Shown here one piece after another: positions 1 to 10,481 of a DNA stretch of 64,000 nt. A model generated the notes under the pieces. The model saw nothing but the letters and a program-made list of their open reading frames with translations, searched no databases and was not told the origin of the DNA. The DNA is from Podospora anserina (taxonomy: Eukaryota), in the NCBI GenBank assembly GCA_017654855.1, contig CM030333.1:310001-374000 (forward strand). The letters are read 5' to 3'. Made by a program: the position numbers and the translations under genes. The stretch's first letter is position 1. Each line of letters starts with the position of its first letter.

Positions 1-573
1 TTAGGTTAATAAAATAAATATTGGTTTTATTCAGGATAGTATTTAATATATCAAAATTTACTTACGGTTTTTAAAACTATTTAAGAGAAAATATATAGAA
101 TTAACTTCCGTTTTCTATTATTGATTTAATAGTATATTTCATTCTTGAGTTATTTATAAAATAAAAATTAGAATCTATACAGGTTTTTAAAGCGCTGTAA
201 TATCATTATTAACGATTGTTTGAATTATTAATCATAAATATTTATTTTATTATTTTCATAAAAATACAGTTAATATTTCTTTTCTTTACACTATACTTAA
301 ATGTTTTTCTTGAATGATTTATTATTTTTATCCCCTATTTAGTTTTATATTAAAGGTTTTATTAAAAAATCCATTAAAATTATTTGAGAGAAAATAGAAT
401 ATCTAAAGTGTTGAATTATTTATTAAAGATTAGAATAATAGTATAATTATTCCAGTATTAAACCGTAATTGAATTAATAAATATATATAGATTATAAATA
501 TTCAACCAAAGGTTTCTCTTATTTTTAATAATATTTCATTTCAGAATAGAATAATCAAAAATTGAAATAACAT

Positions 574-617
574 TTATTATTATTATTATTATTATTATCA
601 TTATTATTATCATTATT
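574..617. repeat. (ATT)n microsatellite with ATC interruptions
   Basis: ttattattattattattattattatcattattattatcattatt. Confidence 0.85.
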
Positions 618-1270
618 AGTAAAGATAATCAACTTTTGTCATATTTTTATATAAAATGTTCTTCATAAAATTTAAGATTAATTATGGATCTATTGTTAAT
701 AATAGAGTATAAAGGAATCTTTTCTTTTCCACAAGTTAACGATATGCTATGTTTTTATACTAAGCTTTTGAGATACAATATAATAAATAGAACATGTATT
801 TTTATTTCTAAATAAAAGTTTGATTTATATAAATTACATTAGAACATTGAATATATTCAACAAAGGAAAATTGTAAGTTCTATAATTACTATTATTCTTT
901 TGAAAAGGTAAATATTATTTAGTTATATGGAAAGCATATAATTACTCCAAAATTGAATGATCTTTGTTAACATCTTATATATAAGTAAATAGTATTTTTC
1001 TTATTAATTTAATTTCCAATATTAAACTAAATATATATTAAAATGTAATAACCTATACTTTTATTAAAGAAAATGAATAAGACTCAATAAAATATAATAG
1101 TATATTGTTTAAAAATATTGTATAAAATAACATATAACTATAATACACATTCTTAGAAAAAGGTTCAATATATTTAATGAAGAAAACTTTTTACTATATA
1201 AAGTTCAATTCTTTTTTAATATCATTCATTACGAGACTTGAAAGTATGTAAATTTGCACTATATAAGTCT

Positions 1271-1336
1271 TAATTTAATAATTTAATAATTTAACAATTT
1301 AATGATTTAATGATTTAATAATTTAATAATTTAATA
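1271..1336. repeat. 9-nt tandem repeat (ATTTAATAA-type, about 7 copies)
   Basis: taatttaa/taatttaa/caatttaa/tgatttaa variants that differ only by C/T and G/A transitions. Confidence 0.8.
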
Positions 1337-2463
1337 AAAATAAAGATAAAATCTTTTTGCTATTATATTTTTCATTTTTCTAAATATAGAATACTTTAAA
1401 CCTGATAAATCTCAAATCGAAACTTATATTAAAAATTAATTTCTATAAGCAAAAATCTATATATGTGTACTATTTAAAAGGTTTATAATTACATATCATT
1501 AATTTACGTAAAATTAAAAAGACCTAAAATGATTAATAGATTTTTTAAAACATATTAATATTCGTATACTTTAAAACATAAAAATAAAAATTGATATTTA
1601 CAATAAACAGTTAAAATAACCTTAAATGATAATTTTCTAAACCTTAAAAAAAAGCTAGATAAAAAAAATGCGCATTTTGTTTTATAAAAATATTACTTGG
1701 TATAAAAAATTATTATATTGATATTAAGAAATATTTTTTTCATCAAATATTAAACGCCCTTCTTAATTATTATATCTAAATTGAAATTTTAACTGTTAAA
1801 TATTATATTACATTAAAAATTCATTTTATTTTTGATATATTAGAAATATCTAATAATTTACATAATTCGACAAGAATGTTACTTATTTTTTTCAAGAATA
1901 ACTAGTCATTCTCGAGGAAATATTTATGATTCAAATAGATTTAACATTTTAGTTTCCTGATTGAATAATAAGTGGAATTCTTTTAAAAAAAAGGTTTATA
2001 AAGACTTGAAAACTATTAGAAAGTCTATTAATAATACCATACATGTTAAGATTTTCAAGATTTTCAATTAAATGAAATGATTATATTAATGTTAAAGTCT
2101 TTTCTTATTAAAATAAAAGAAACAGCTACAAGATTAAAATGATATTTGGTTAGTAGAATAACGTCTAATTAGTTAATTATTAAAAGTAATAAAAATACTC
2201 AAATAAAAACTGGTAGACAGACATTTTATAACCTTAAATTTCTTTACTTTAATCCTTATAAAAATTTTTACGGTTTATATAGGCCTAACTAGCTAGGTCC
2301 TTATAAGTAACAGAAAAGTAGTATAGTTACTTAATTATTCAAAAGAAATTGGTATATAAATATTGCATAACCTTATACTCTTCTACTTTAACTTCTATAA
2401 AGAAGCTTCCTACTTATAAAGACCTAAATATCTATAAGTAAGGGTTAACATAATAAAGCTATG

Positions 2464-2512
2464 TTAAAAAAAATTAAAAAAATTAAAAAAAATTAAAAAA
2501 AAAAAATTAAAA

Positions 2513-2544
<32 letters not shown>

Positions 2545-2707
2545 TTAAAAAAATTAAAAAAAATTAAAAAAATTAAAAAAATTAAAAAAATTAAAAAAAT
2601 TAAAAAAATTAAAAAAATTAAAAAAATTAAAAAAATTAAAAAAATTAAAAAAATTAAAAAAATTAAAAAAATTAAAAAAATTAAAAAAGTTAAAAAAATT
2701 AAAAAAT
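2464..2707. repeat. (TTAAAAAAA)n 9-nt tandem array with an internal poly(A) run
   Basis: More than 20 near-perfect copies read directly, one TTAAAAAAG variant near 2689, poly(A) at about 2518-2544. Confidence 0.95.
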
Positions 2708-3087
2708 AAGAGAGAGAGAAAAGTGCTAGCTATAGCTAAAAGACACCTAAAGCTATAGTATAAACTTTTTCTGGCTCGGAGTATACTAGTTTACCTAGAC
2801 TAGTGGAACCTTAACGTTAGATATAGGGATCTTTGATAAAACTCTATAAGCTTATAATCTATACCTAAGATGTAAGCCCTCTACCTAATACTCTAGAAGT
2901 AACTACTTCTCCTACACTACGGGGTCCGCAAGTGTCGTCTTTGTATTAATTCTATATACCGCCTCTATTAGACTATCTTCATTCTACCCGGATATTCCAC
3001 ATCCTGAGCTAACTACTCGTGCGTAGTCTATACGACCAGCAACCCCGCTAGTCTTGTCCTCAATCCCATTCCTCTTGTCTCTTACTT

Positions 3088-3137
3088 CCTGTTCTCCTCT
3101 TTCATTATACCTCCTGTTCTCCTCTTTCATTATACCT
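3088..3137. repeat. Exact 25-nt tandem duplication
   Basis: cctgttctcctctttcattatacct at 3088-3112 and again at 3113-3137. Confidence 0.9.
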
Positions 3138-3142
3138 CCCAT

Positions 3143-6100
3143 TTACGTTCTCTCCCCGGTCTTCCTTCGCGTTCTTGTTTGCGCAGTTGCACAAACCTTC
3201 TCGCTCTGGCCATGGGCGCATAGCAATATAATTGCTGAAGCTACCCCCGTATGACTCGGACCACCAGGCGATTCATAGAACGGCGGAAAGTCGTCGAAGG
3301 TGACACCAGAAGCCAGATGCTCCAACCTTTCACCATAATCAGATGTTCCAAACCCATCAAACCTCAACTTCCACGTGGTAGAGAACGGCACCATCTCATC
3401 CCACTCCGGAGTCAGGTACGTGTCTGTGGCCGGCTTCAAGATTCGGTCACTGTCATATACTCCTTTGAGCCTTGACCTTTCATTCACCAGCGACTTCTCT
3501 TTTTCCAATCTCTCTTCGGGGTGGGCATGTGACAGCTCCTGAAGCAGTGTCTCAATCTCGACGGTTTTCTGCTCCACAGCAGCCTTGATACTTTTTACGC
3601 GCTGCGGGGCCATAAAATTGGAGAATCCCTCGTACGAGGAGTCGAGCTTGATCCTCTTGAGCTTGCCTTGAGTGTCATGTCCACGGCGTAGGTTTTTGAG
3701 TTGTGCCAATACCTTGATCATGGTAACCAAGCCTAGAACTGCCACATGTTTGGGCTGGTAGGTGGCAAATTGATGCGAAAAGTTGGATTGGTAGGTGGGG
3801 AGCTCGTCGTCCCAGCAAGATGCTGTCTTATTGCTCGGGGCTGTATGAACGTCATTTGTTTTGACTTTGTTTGCGTGGTGGTAGAATACAACATGTCAGT
3901 CAAAAACTTCCAGGTAGCTGTTATCATTTCAGTTTTGTCGGTAACTCACAATGTCACAAATAATAGTGTCATCCGGCTGAAGGCTGAGAACAGTCCCCTC
4001 GCGATCCCCTAACTTGACTTGGATATTCCCAGTGGCGACGCGAACGGCTGGTAGCTTTACGCTGGATCGCTGGGCGTTGAGAACCAGAGTCCTGAGTGCC
4101 TCGTCATCGTTATCACTGCCATTGGATACTGCAAGCTCCTGGATCTTGAGCCAGTCGCAAGTGGTTTGGCCGGCAGGCTCTACTTCCCTCCGCTCAAGCT
4201 CTGCTCTCAGATCGTATAGATCATCGAGGAACATGCTGAGAACAGAAGTAAATGCCAACACGGAGGTGTAAGCGCTATCAAGACCCACGAGCAGATATAT
4301 GGCACGGCTTTGCCCAGCTCAGGCTCATTTGTCAGTATGTGTGTTGCAACAGTCAGCCCCAGTGTTGTCATTGGGTTGGTGTGGTCCCTGTGACTTCCGA
4401 AGAGCCATCGTCTGAAAGAAGAAATCTTCCTTGTGATCATGCTCTTGTTGGCTTCCATTATGATGCCTTCTTCCAACACCAGCCTGTACAGATATCTCAT
4501 GGACCTTTTGAAAGCTAAACGCCGCTTCAGCAATCTTGTCTCGTCTGCATTGTATGAGAGGTATACTTGGCAGTTTGTAATGTGTTGGTAGAGATCGTTC
4601 TCGGAATATTTTGCCAAGCGGTTGGCTTCGCTTCTGACCATGTGGCCCAACCCCAGGAAATCGGCGACGTATCTGGTTACGGCTGGAATTGCATAATCTC
4701 GCGTAGCATCCAAAGAATAGATTTTCCCGCCGCCTAAGGGGTCCATAACAGCAGACTCACGCCTGATGATCCCCCTCATGAGGTTGGTGAAGTACTCAGC
4801 GAGAGCTGCAGAATCATCTGGGCTCTGTTCAAAATGCTCCTCCGTCGAGGCCTTCACAGACGGCTGGCGTGGGCATACACCACCACCATCTCAGGTGGAA
4901 GATCCAGAGTGTCCAACCGCACAGGACGAACGATGACATTGGATTGATCTTGGAAGAGCGATCTGATTCGCAGTGCATCCTTCAGATATACTGGTTTGGA
5001 GGGCTTTCGGGGCTCCGATGGTTTGGTATCGAAGGTGTACTTGATCTACTTAGGAATGCCAAGCCAGTTCTTCTCGCCCGCCTCGGCTGTCTTGAGGTTC
5101 ATGCGGAACTGTTTACCATATCTTGTTCTTGTGCGAGTTGGGAATTCTTCTCCGAGGTGTAAAATGGATGGAAAAACCGGATCGAATCAGCTGGAAACCA
5201 CTCGGGAAAAGCGCGCTGGAGAAGCTGATGGAAAACAGAGCTTTTGAGAACGTCGTTGTCCGGCGTAACTTCTTTTATTCCCCATCAAGTAAGAGAGTCT
5301 GTGTTCCAATCCACCGTGTAGAACCGATCGGATCTGACCAGCGTGACTGCGTCGGAGAATATGGCAGCCCACAACGCCGAGTCAACGTCGCTCGGTCCCG
5401 GATCCCCATTCATCGCGCTGTCAGACTCGCAAAAGACATCAGGATAAAGCTCGACTTTGTCAGGGTGCTCATACAAGTCGCACAGCGCCTTCTGAACAGC
5501 AGGGCTCTTGCAAATGCTCTCAAAGGTGTCGTGACGCTTGAGCCCGAAGAATTCACGGAAATCATTCAAAGTGCCCACACCCCATTTGCGCGCCTGATGG
5601 ATACCCATTGTCTCGACGGCCCTGAGGCATCGTGGCACATTGTTGGGTCCAAAGTTGGCTGAAATATTACCGGGATCGTTAGCATAGCTGTCTGGTTTCC
5701 AACATGGACAGCAAACTTACCAATTGGGTCATCCATCGAGTCCAGCAGCTCGTCAACCATCTCTTGATCATCAAATAACCCGGTTAAGCTGTTGCGCTTG
5801 AAGACCTTCTTCCCTGCTGGGTTGCGTTCATTGTCCTCCCTCAAGCCAAACTCCCTCTCCCAAACTGGAAGCTCAGGCTCTTGAGCCTTCGCGCGAGCCT
5901 CCTTCGACTTCTGCATCAAGTTGACAAACTCAGGAAGAGTCATATTCTTCGGGGTCCCACTTGTTGTCTTTGATGAAGAACATATCGCGCATGGAGTCTT
6001 CAACATATCGTTCATCCCTGGCAGAAATGGCGCAATGGAAGCGATAAAGCAAGTTGAATTCAACTGTTACTTGATTTCCCAGCCCGCGTGTCGTCGTTTT

Positions 6101-7539
6101 TGCAGCAGTCTCGTGGACGCGCGGATCGAGTGTGAAGTTTGTGTCATAGGCGTGGAAACCCATCAGAGCCCGAAGGTAGTCATGGATCGACACTGGATGT
6201 ACAGGCCACATGTGATCAACCGCGCGGTGTTGAAAAGGTCGTCGTCGAGCTTCTTCCATGCAGCGTCATACGCGTCATAAAACTCTTCAACTATCTTCTG
6301 GCAGGGGGCGTGCTCATAGATGTATGTCTCCAAAGCCTTGACGGCTTTTGCAAACCTCGGAGTTGCATCCGTCCTTTTGCCGTTGGCCACAAACTCGTCG
6401 TAGGCCTTTGCATACTCGGCGAGGACACTCTGATAGTGGCTATCATCGTCACGTCCCTTGACAAACGCACAGGCAGCTGCTTGGTGTTCGGTGCCCTCGA
6501 ACTTCGCAGGTACTGAGAAGCGCCCGTTTTCATTGATACGGCGCAGTTGGGTGGCAGCGTAATTGTGATAGCGGTTGTACATGACAAGCATGATGCACAC
6601 TCCAGGAGGCTGGCGCAGCAGGTGATCCTCAGCGAATGTGTCAGGCTTGAGTAGATCAAGCCTGTACTTGTCGTCTCGCACCTGACGCTGCATCTCCTCG
6701 TTGAAGCCATAGAGGGGGGAAAGATCGAGGTAGGAAGATGTGTCCGAGATGTTCTTTTCGCCATCAGTGGTTCGAAAAATGTCGTGTATGATAATGGTGG
6801 CGTGATAAATCAGCATGCTGGAAAGTCCAGAAGAGCTGTTCCGTGCTTCCTTGCCTCTGGCCATAAGTCGGTCAAAAATGTCACCGGGATCGGGAAGGGC
6901 ACCGAGTGGGTGAGTCATGGACGGCACGGTCTTGGCGTAAGGGGCTCCTGCCTGTCCGAGATGGGGGTTCAGGGCGCTGTTGAACTTGCCATCGGCAGCA
7001 CGGTACTTAAAAGCATCGCCTAGGTAGGTCAAGGGGGGATGGAGCATGCGGTCGTACTTGGTCTTGACTTGGCTCTCAATAAACTTGGCCCTGGCCTCAC
7101 TGTCGTTCGACATGAAGCCTATCAACTGGGCTCCTGCTTTGATATCCAAGGTCCCATGCTTTAGAAACATGGCCACGACATTCTTGATTCTGGGAATGTT
7201 CTTCAAGGTGAGAATTCTATGTAGATCGTCAAAGGCACCGAGCTTTTGAGCCGCCTTGTTCTATATAGGGGTTAACGCCTACTTCATGATACGCCATGCT
7301 ACAGGCATGTTCGACAGAATACTCACACCGATAAGTGTATCCCCGTGAAACCCAGTTGGCAATTCCGTTGTGCTCAGGCTTGCCAGCTGCTTATCCAGAT
7401 GCTCCAGCTCTTGTTGAATTTGGCTGGTTTTCTTTGCCGCACCTTGGTTGACACGACTGTTTCTCTGGCCGTTGGCTTTGCCATTTCCATCAGTATGACC
7501 GTTGGTAGAGAAAAGAGGTCTTTCCGAGTGGGACGACAT
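3143..7539 (-). pseudogene. Linoleate diol synthase / psi-producing oxygenase (heme dioxygenase + C-terminal P450-like domain), disrupted
   Basis: Motifs YRAADG, YHATIIIHDIF (distal His), SSYLDLSPLYG, EFNLLYRFH (catalytic Tyr and proximal His), QARKWGVGTLNDFR, DAVTLVRSDRF. ATG at 7539; introns 7261-7326 and 5659-5720. Lesions: 1-nt frameshifts near 6192, 5952, 5120 and 4304; in-frame TGA at 5285-5287 (LT*WG); TAG at 5046-5048. Confidence 0.88.
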
Positions 7540-8775
7540 GGCCGAAAAGTGACAGTAGCCCCGGTTGTACCTGGGGGACGACCAAATGCTTGTGAGAGGG
7601 GCAAGCAAACAGCGAAGCAATCGCTAGCTAATAATCTGTGAATCACCGAAGAAGACAAACGACGCCTTGGAAGAAATAAAACCACAAGAGGGGTAGGTAG
7701 GTAAGGAAGCGTGCATATTTAGCAGTGAGTCCAGGTTTTCTATTTGACTGGAGCAGTCATGTTGTCTACAGCTACCGGCCCTTCCAGGCCCAAGAGCAAT
7801 ACTTTCCCGTTTAAGGATCCAAGACGTTTTCAGCTTCGCGCCCCATGGATACGGATGTGGGCTGCAACCATTGACTTCATGTCCCAACATCATATGTCTG
7901 ATTTCCAGGTTGGGAAGTGTGATCCGAGCTGAGGGTTGCCTATCGATTTGCTCGAGTGCCTAGCCAATACTTTCGCCGGGCAAGCTGAATCATGAATGTC
8001 GCGGGGGCGGTAACTGAGAGCGCTCAACTCGAATCCAGATTAGCCCAGTCAGTTTCAGCTGAGCCTAGAACTGGGTGGGTGCGGTGACTAGGCAAAACAT
8101 GGCTTGCTTTGACTAGCTGTGCTGCAACTTGCATCAAGCCATGCTACACATGAAGCACTTGTTGGGTTCGGAAGACACATGGCGATAAGGGATGGGCATC
8201 AGGGCTGACTGGAACGCAACCCGGCGCTCCCACCATTGAACAAACTGTATGCATGTGCTAGGGGAATATTACTATAGGAGGCTGGGCCTTTCTGATTGTG
8301 CATGAGTCTCTCGCTGTTGGTTTCAGACTCGGTCGATTTTGGCAAATGAGTTGATATTGTTCCCACGAGTACTTCCCAAGGTGGACATTGCTCCTGGCGC
8401 TTGATTTTGCCATTCTCTCCTGCGCCCTGCCAAGACATGAGGATCAGGGAGGTACCTAGGTATTGTAGTTGTCTAGGTGCCTACGTATCTATGTATGTCA
8501 GATGGGTGGCTTCATTTCTTCCGGCTGACCACAGGCAGCCACCCTGCTGTCCATCAGAGCTACTTTCCACCACCGTATCTACCTTAATTACTGTACCAAT
8601 AGCCCCTATCCAGAGATCTAGACAGGTTATCAACCTTTGCATGTTCAAGTGACAGCCCCAGGCCTGCCCTTTCATCCTTCACTCCACGCACCCTGGTATT
8701 CCCAGTCAAGCTCACCTTATCTTCCTCAGACCTTTGCTGTCGATTCTGTTACACACAGTCCCCTCGCCTGCCATC

Positions 8776-9582
8776 ATGTCCATGTCAACAGCTGCCGAGT
8801 TAAACGATGTTGCAGTGGGACAATACACACGACCAAAGCCAACCGACATTCGCAGCCCTTGCCCATTGTTAAATGCCCTTGCAAACCACGGGTATCTTCC
8901 CCGCGATGGCAGGAGCTTTCACCAAGCAGAGCTTTCGGCAGCCCTGAAGAAGGTCGGCCTGTCCCCGACACTTCGCCTAGTACTCAGCAACCCCGTGTTT
9001 CTCGAGCATCAGACAGCAGCGGGAAGTCAGCAGCAGAGACCGGCCTCTTCATGGAGCAAGCTGTGGTATCTCATGCGGAATCCGTGGGCAATCTTCTTCT
9101 CCTTTTTCGGCATGCGCAGGCCCGGACAGCAGGACGACAGCGGCGAACCGGTGCTCGATTTGGATCAGATTGGGCTCCCTGGGGTTGCAGAGCACGACAT
9201 ATCCCTTACACGTCGCGATGTTGCCCAAGGCGATCATCTGAAGGCACAGCCGGATTTGGTCGAGGGGCTACTGGCATCCTCCCCAGATGGCGGGAAAACG
9301 ATGCGTAAGCGTCGGATGGATGCGCAGAAGCAAGACAACCCAGGGCTCTTGTACGGACCGTTGCAGCATCGCATTAGCTGTGCTGAGATTGCGCTTGTGC
9401 TCTGTGTTTTTGGAGACGACACCAAAGTCCCGTGGGAATATGTACGTGCTTTGTTTGCCGAGGAGAGATTGCCAACCAAGGAAGGATGGAAGTCACGCCG
9501 CTGGTGGCGCTCGCTAGGTTTGATGGAGTTGTCGAGGACCTCGAACAGGGTTGCGCAGCTGATCGGCGTGAAAGTTGAATAA
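8776..9582 (+). CDS. Heme-thiolate peroxidase / unspecific peroxygenase (chloroperoxidase family, short type), no obvious signal peptide
   Basis: RSPCPLLNALANHGYLPRDG (PCP proximal Cys), EHDISLTR motif, C-terminal FAEERLP..EGW; first ATG at 8776. Confidence 0.9.
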   Translation: MSMSTAAELNDVAVGQYTRPKPTDIRSPCPLLNALANHGYLPRDGRSFHQAELSAALKKVGLSPTLRLVLSNPVFLEHQTAAGSQQQRPASSWSKLWYLMRNPWAIFFSFFGMRRPGQQDDSGEPVLDLDQIGLPGVAEHDISLTRRDVAQGDHLKAQPDLVEGLLASSPDGGKTMRKRRMDAQKQDNPGLLYGPLQHRISCAEIALVLCVFGDDTKVPWEYVRALFAEERLPTKEGWKSRRWWRSLGLMELSRTSNRVAQLIGVKVE

Positions 9583-9662
9583 CCATGTTTTTGGCTGACA
9601 GTCAGAAGCATAGATAGATCAGGCCTCAAGTTATTTAGATACTTGCTCCAGGAACTATCAAT

Positions 9663-9781
9663 ACATACGACCATATCCAGCTGAAAACTCGGGATCCCGT
9701 CCGCTCTCCCCTGGATAAGCAGCTGAGAGCTGAACTAGTACTCAGGTGGGTGACCCGAGGGGAATTCTCGGTGTTGTATGT
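9663..9781 (+). rRNA. Dispersed 5S rRNA gene (sequence variant)
   Basis: 119 nt ACATACGACCATA...GAAAACTCGGGATCCCGTCCGCTCTCCC...GATAAG...CTAGTA...GGTGAC...GAA...GGTGTTGTATGT matches the filamentous-ascomycete 5S pattern. The ends pair (helix I), there is a TATTTA element about 30 nt upstream, and a T-run follows. Confidence 0.95.
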
Positions 9782-9787
9782 TTTTTT
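9781..9787 (+). terminator. RNA polymerase III oligo(T) terminator of the 5S gene
   Basis: T7 run at the 5S 3' end. Confidence 0.85.
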
Positions 9788-10481
9788 GACGCAACCAAAA
9801 GATTGTTGATCTTGGCATTCTTTTTGCTTGCTGTGGTGCTGTTTATTCTTGGCACTGTGTTACATGCAGTCTAGCTGACGAGAGCACGCGCCGTCCCACC
9901 GAGCCGGCAACTCTATTTTGACCTACCTCCATGTCTCCATCAGATTGTCAGAAGAGACCACCATCACGGGAACCTGCGCAGATGACACGGTAACACACAT
10001 CATCACAGGATGGCGGCACAAATCCGGATGACAGGAGCCAGGCGGCCCTGGTTGCATGTGAGCCAATCAGCTGGCACAATCATGATTTCCCCTTTTGCTG
10101 CCCGATTACGTCGTATGGGCTGCAACTTGGCCACGGCTGGTGACATCGTGTGTCGCTGGCGCAGTCAGCTGCCGCACACGACAAGGCACATTGCCAGGGA
10201 ACAGCCAGAGATAGCCAGCAACGACTGCCAAGCGGCCAGGCCAAGTAAAGCTCAACCAATGCCGTCCTGTCCTGCTTGGCACCATGCATCATCGACAGGT
10301 AGGCACTTACTTGGACACTCACTTGGGTTGGGTGGGATATATAGGTAGGTATCTTTCCCTTCTTTTCCCGTGTGTGTGTGTGTGTCGCCCCTTCTAACTT
10401 TGTCTGCCTGCTCTCTCCTCGCCCTCATCTTGTTTTAAATAGCACCAGCATCCCTCCCATATCATCCGTCGTTCTGTCCTC

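Larger units (their letters stand above)
1..2950. mobile_element. AT-rich, RIP-degraded repeat/transposon relic (heterochromatic block)
   Basis: Very low GC, no ORF of 60 aa or more in the track, strong TpA excess (e.g. gtatactagtttacctagactagt), and an abrupt shift to ordinary coding-type GC near 2950-3050. The original element cannot be identified. Confidence 0.75.

Noticed and set aside
2464..2707. RIP-mutated telomere repeat
   Set aside because: TTAGGG would decay to a 6-nt period; this array has period 9 and no TTAGGG remnants
5930..6259. Programmed ribosomal frameshifting in the Ppo gene
   Set aside because: No slippery heptamer is evident, and the many further lesions and stops favour pseudogenisation or sequencing error
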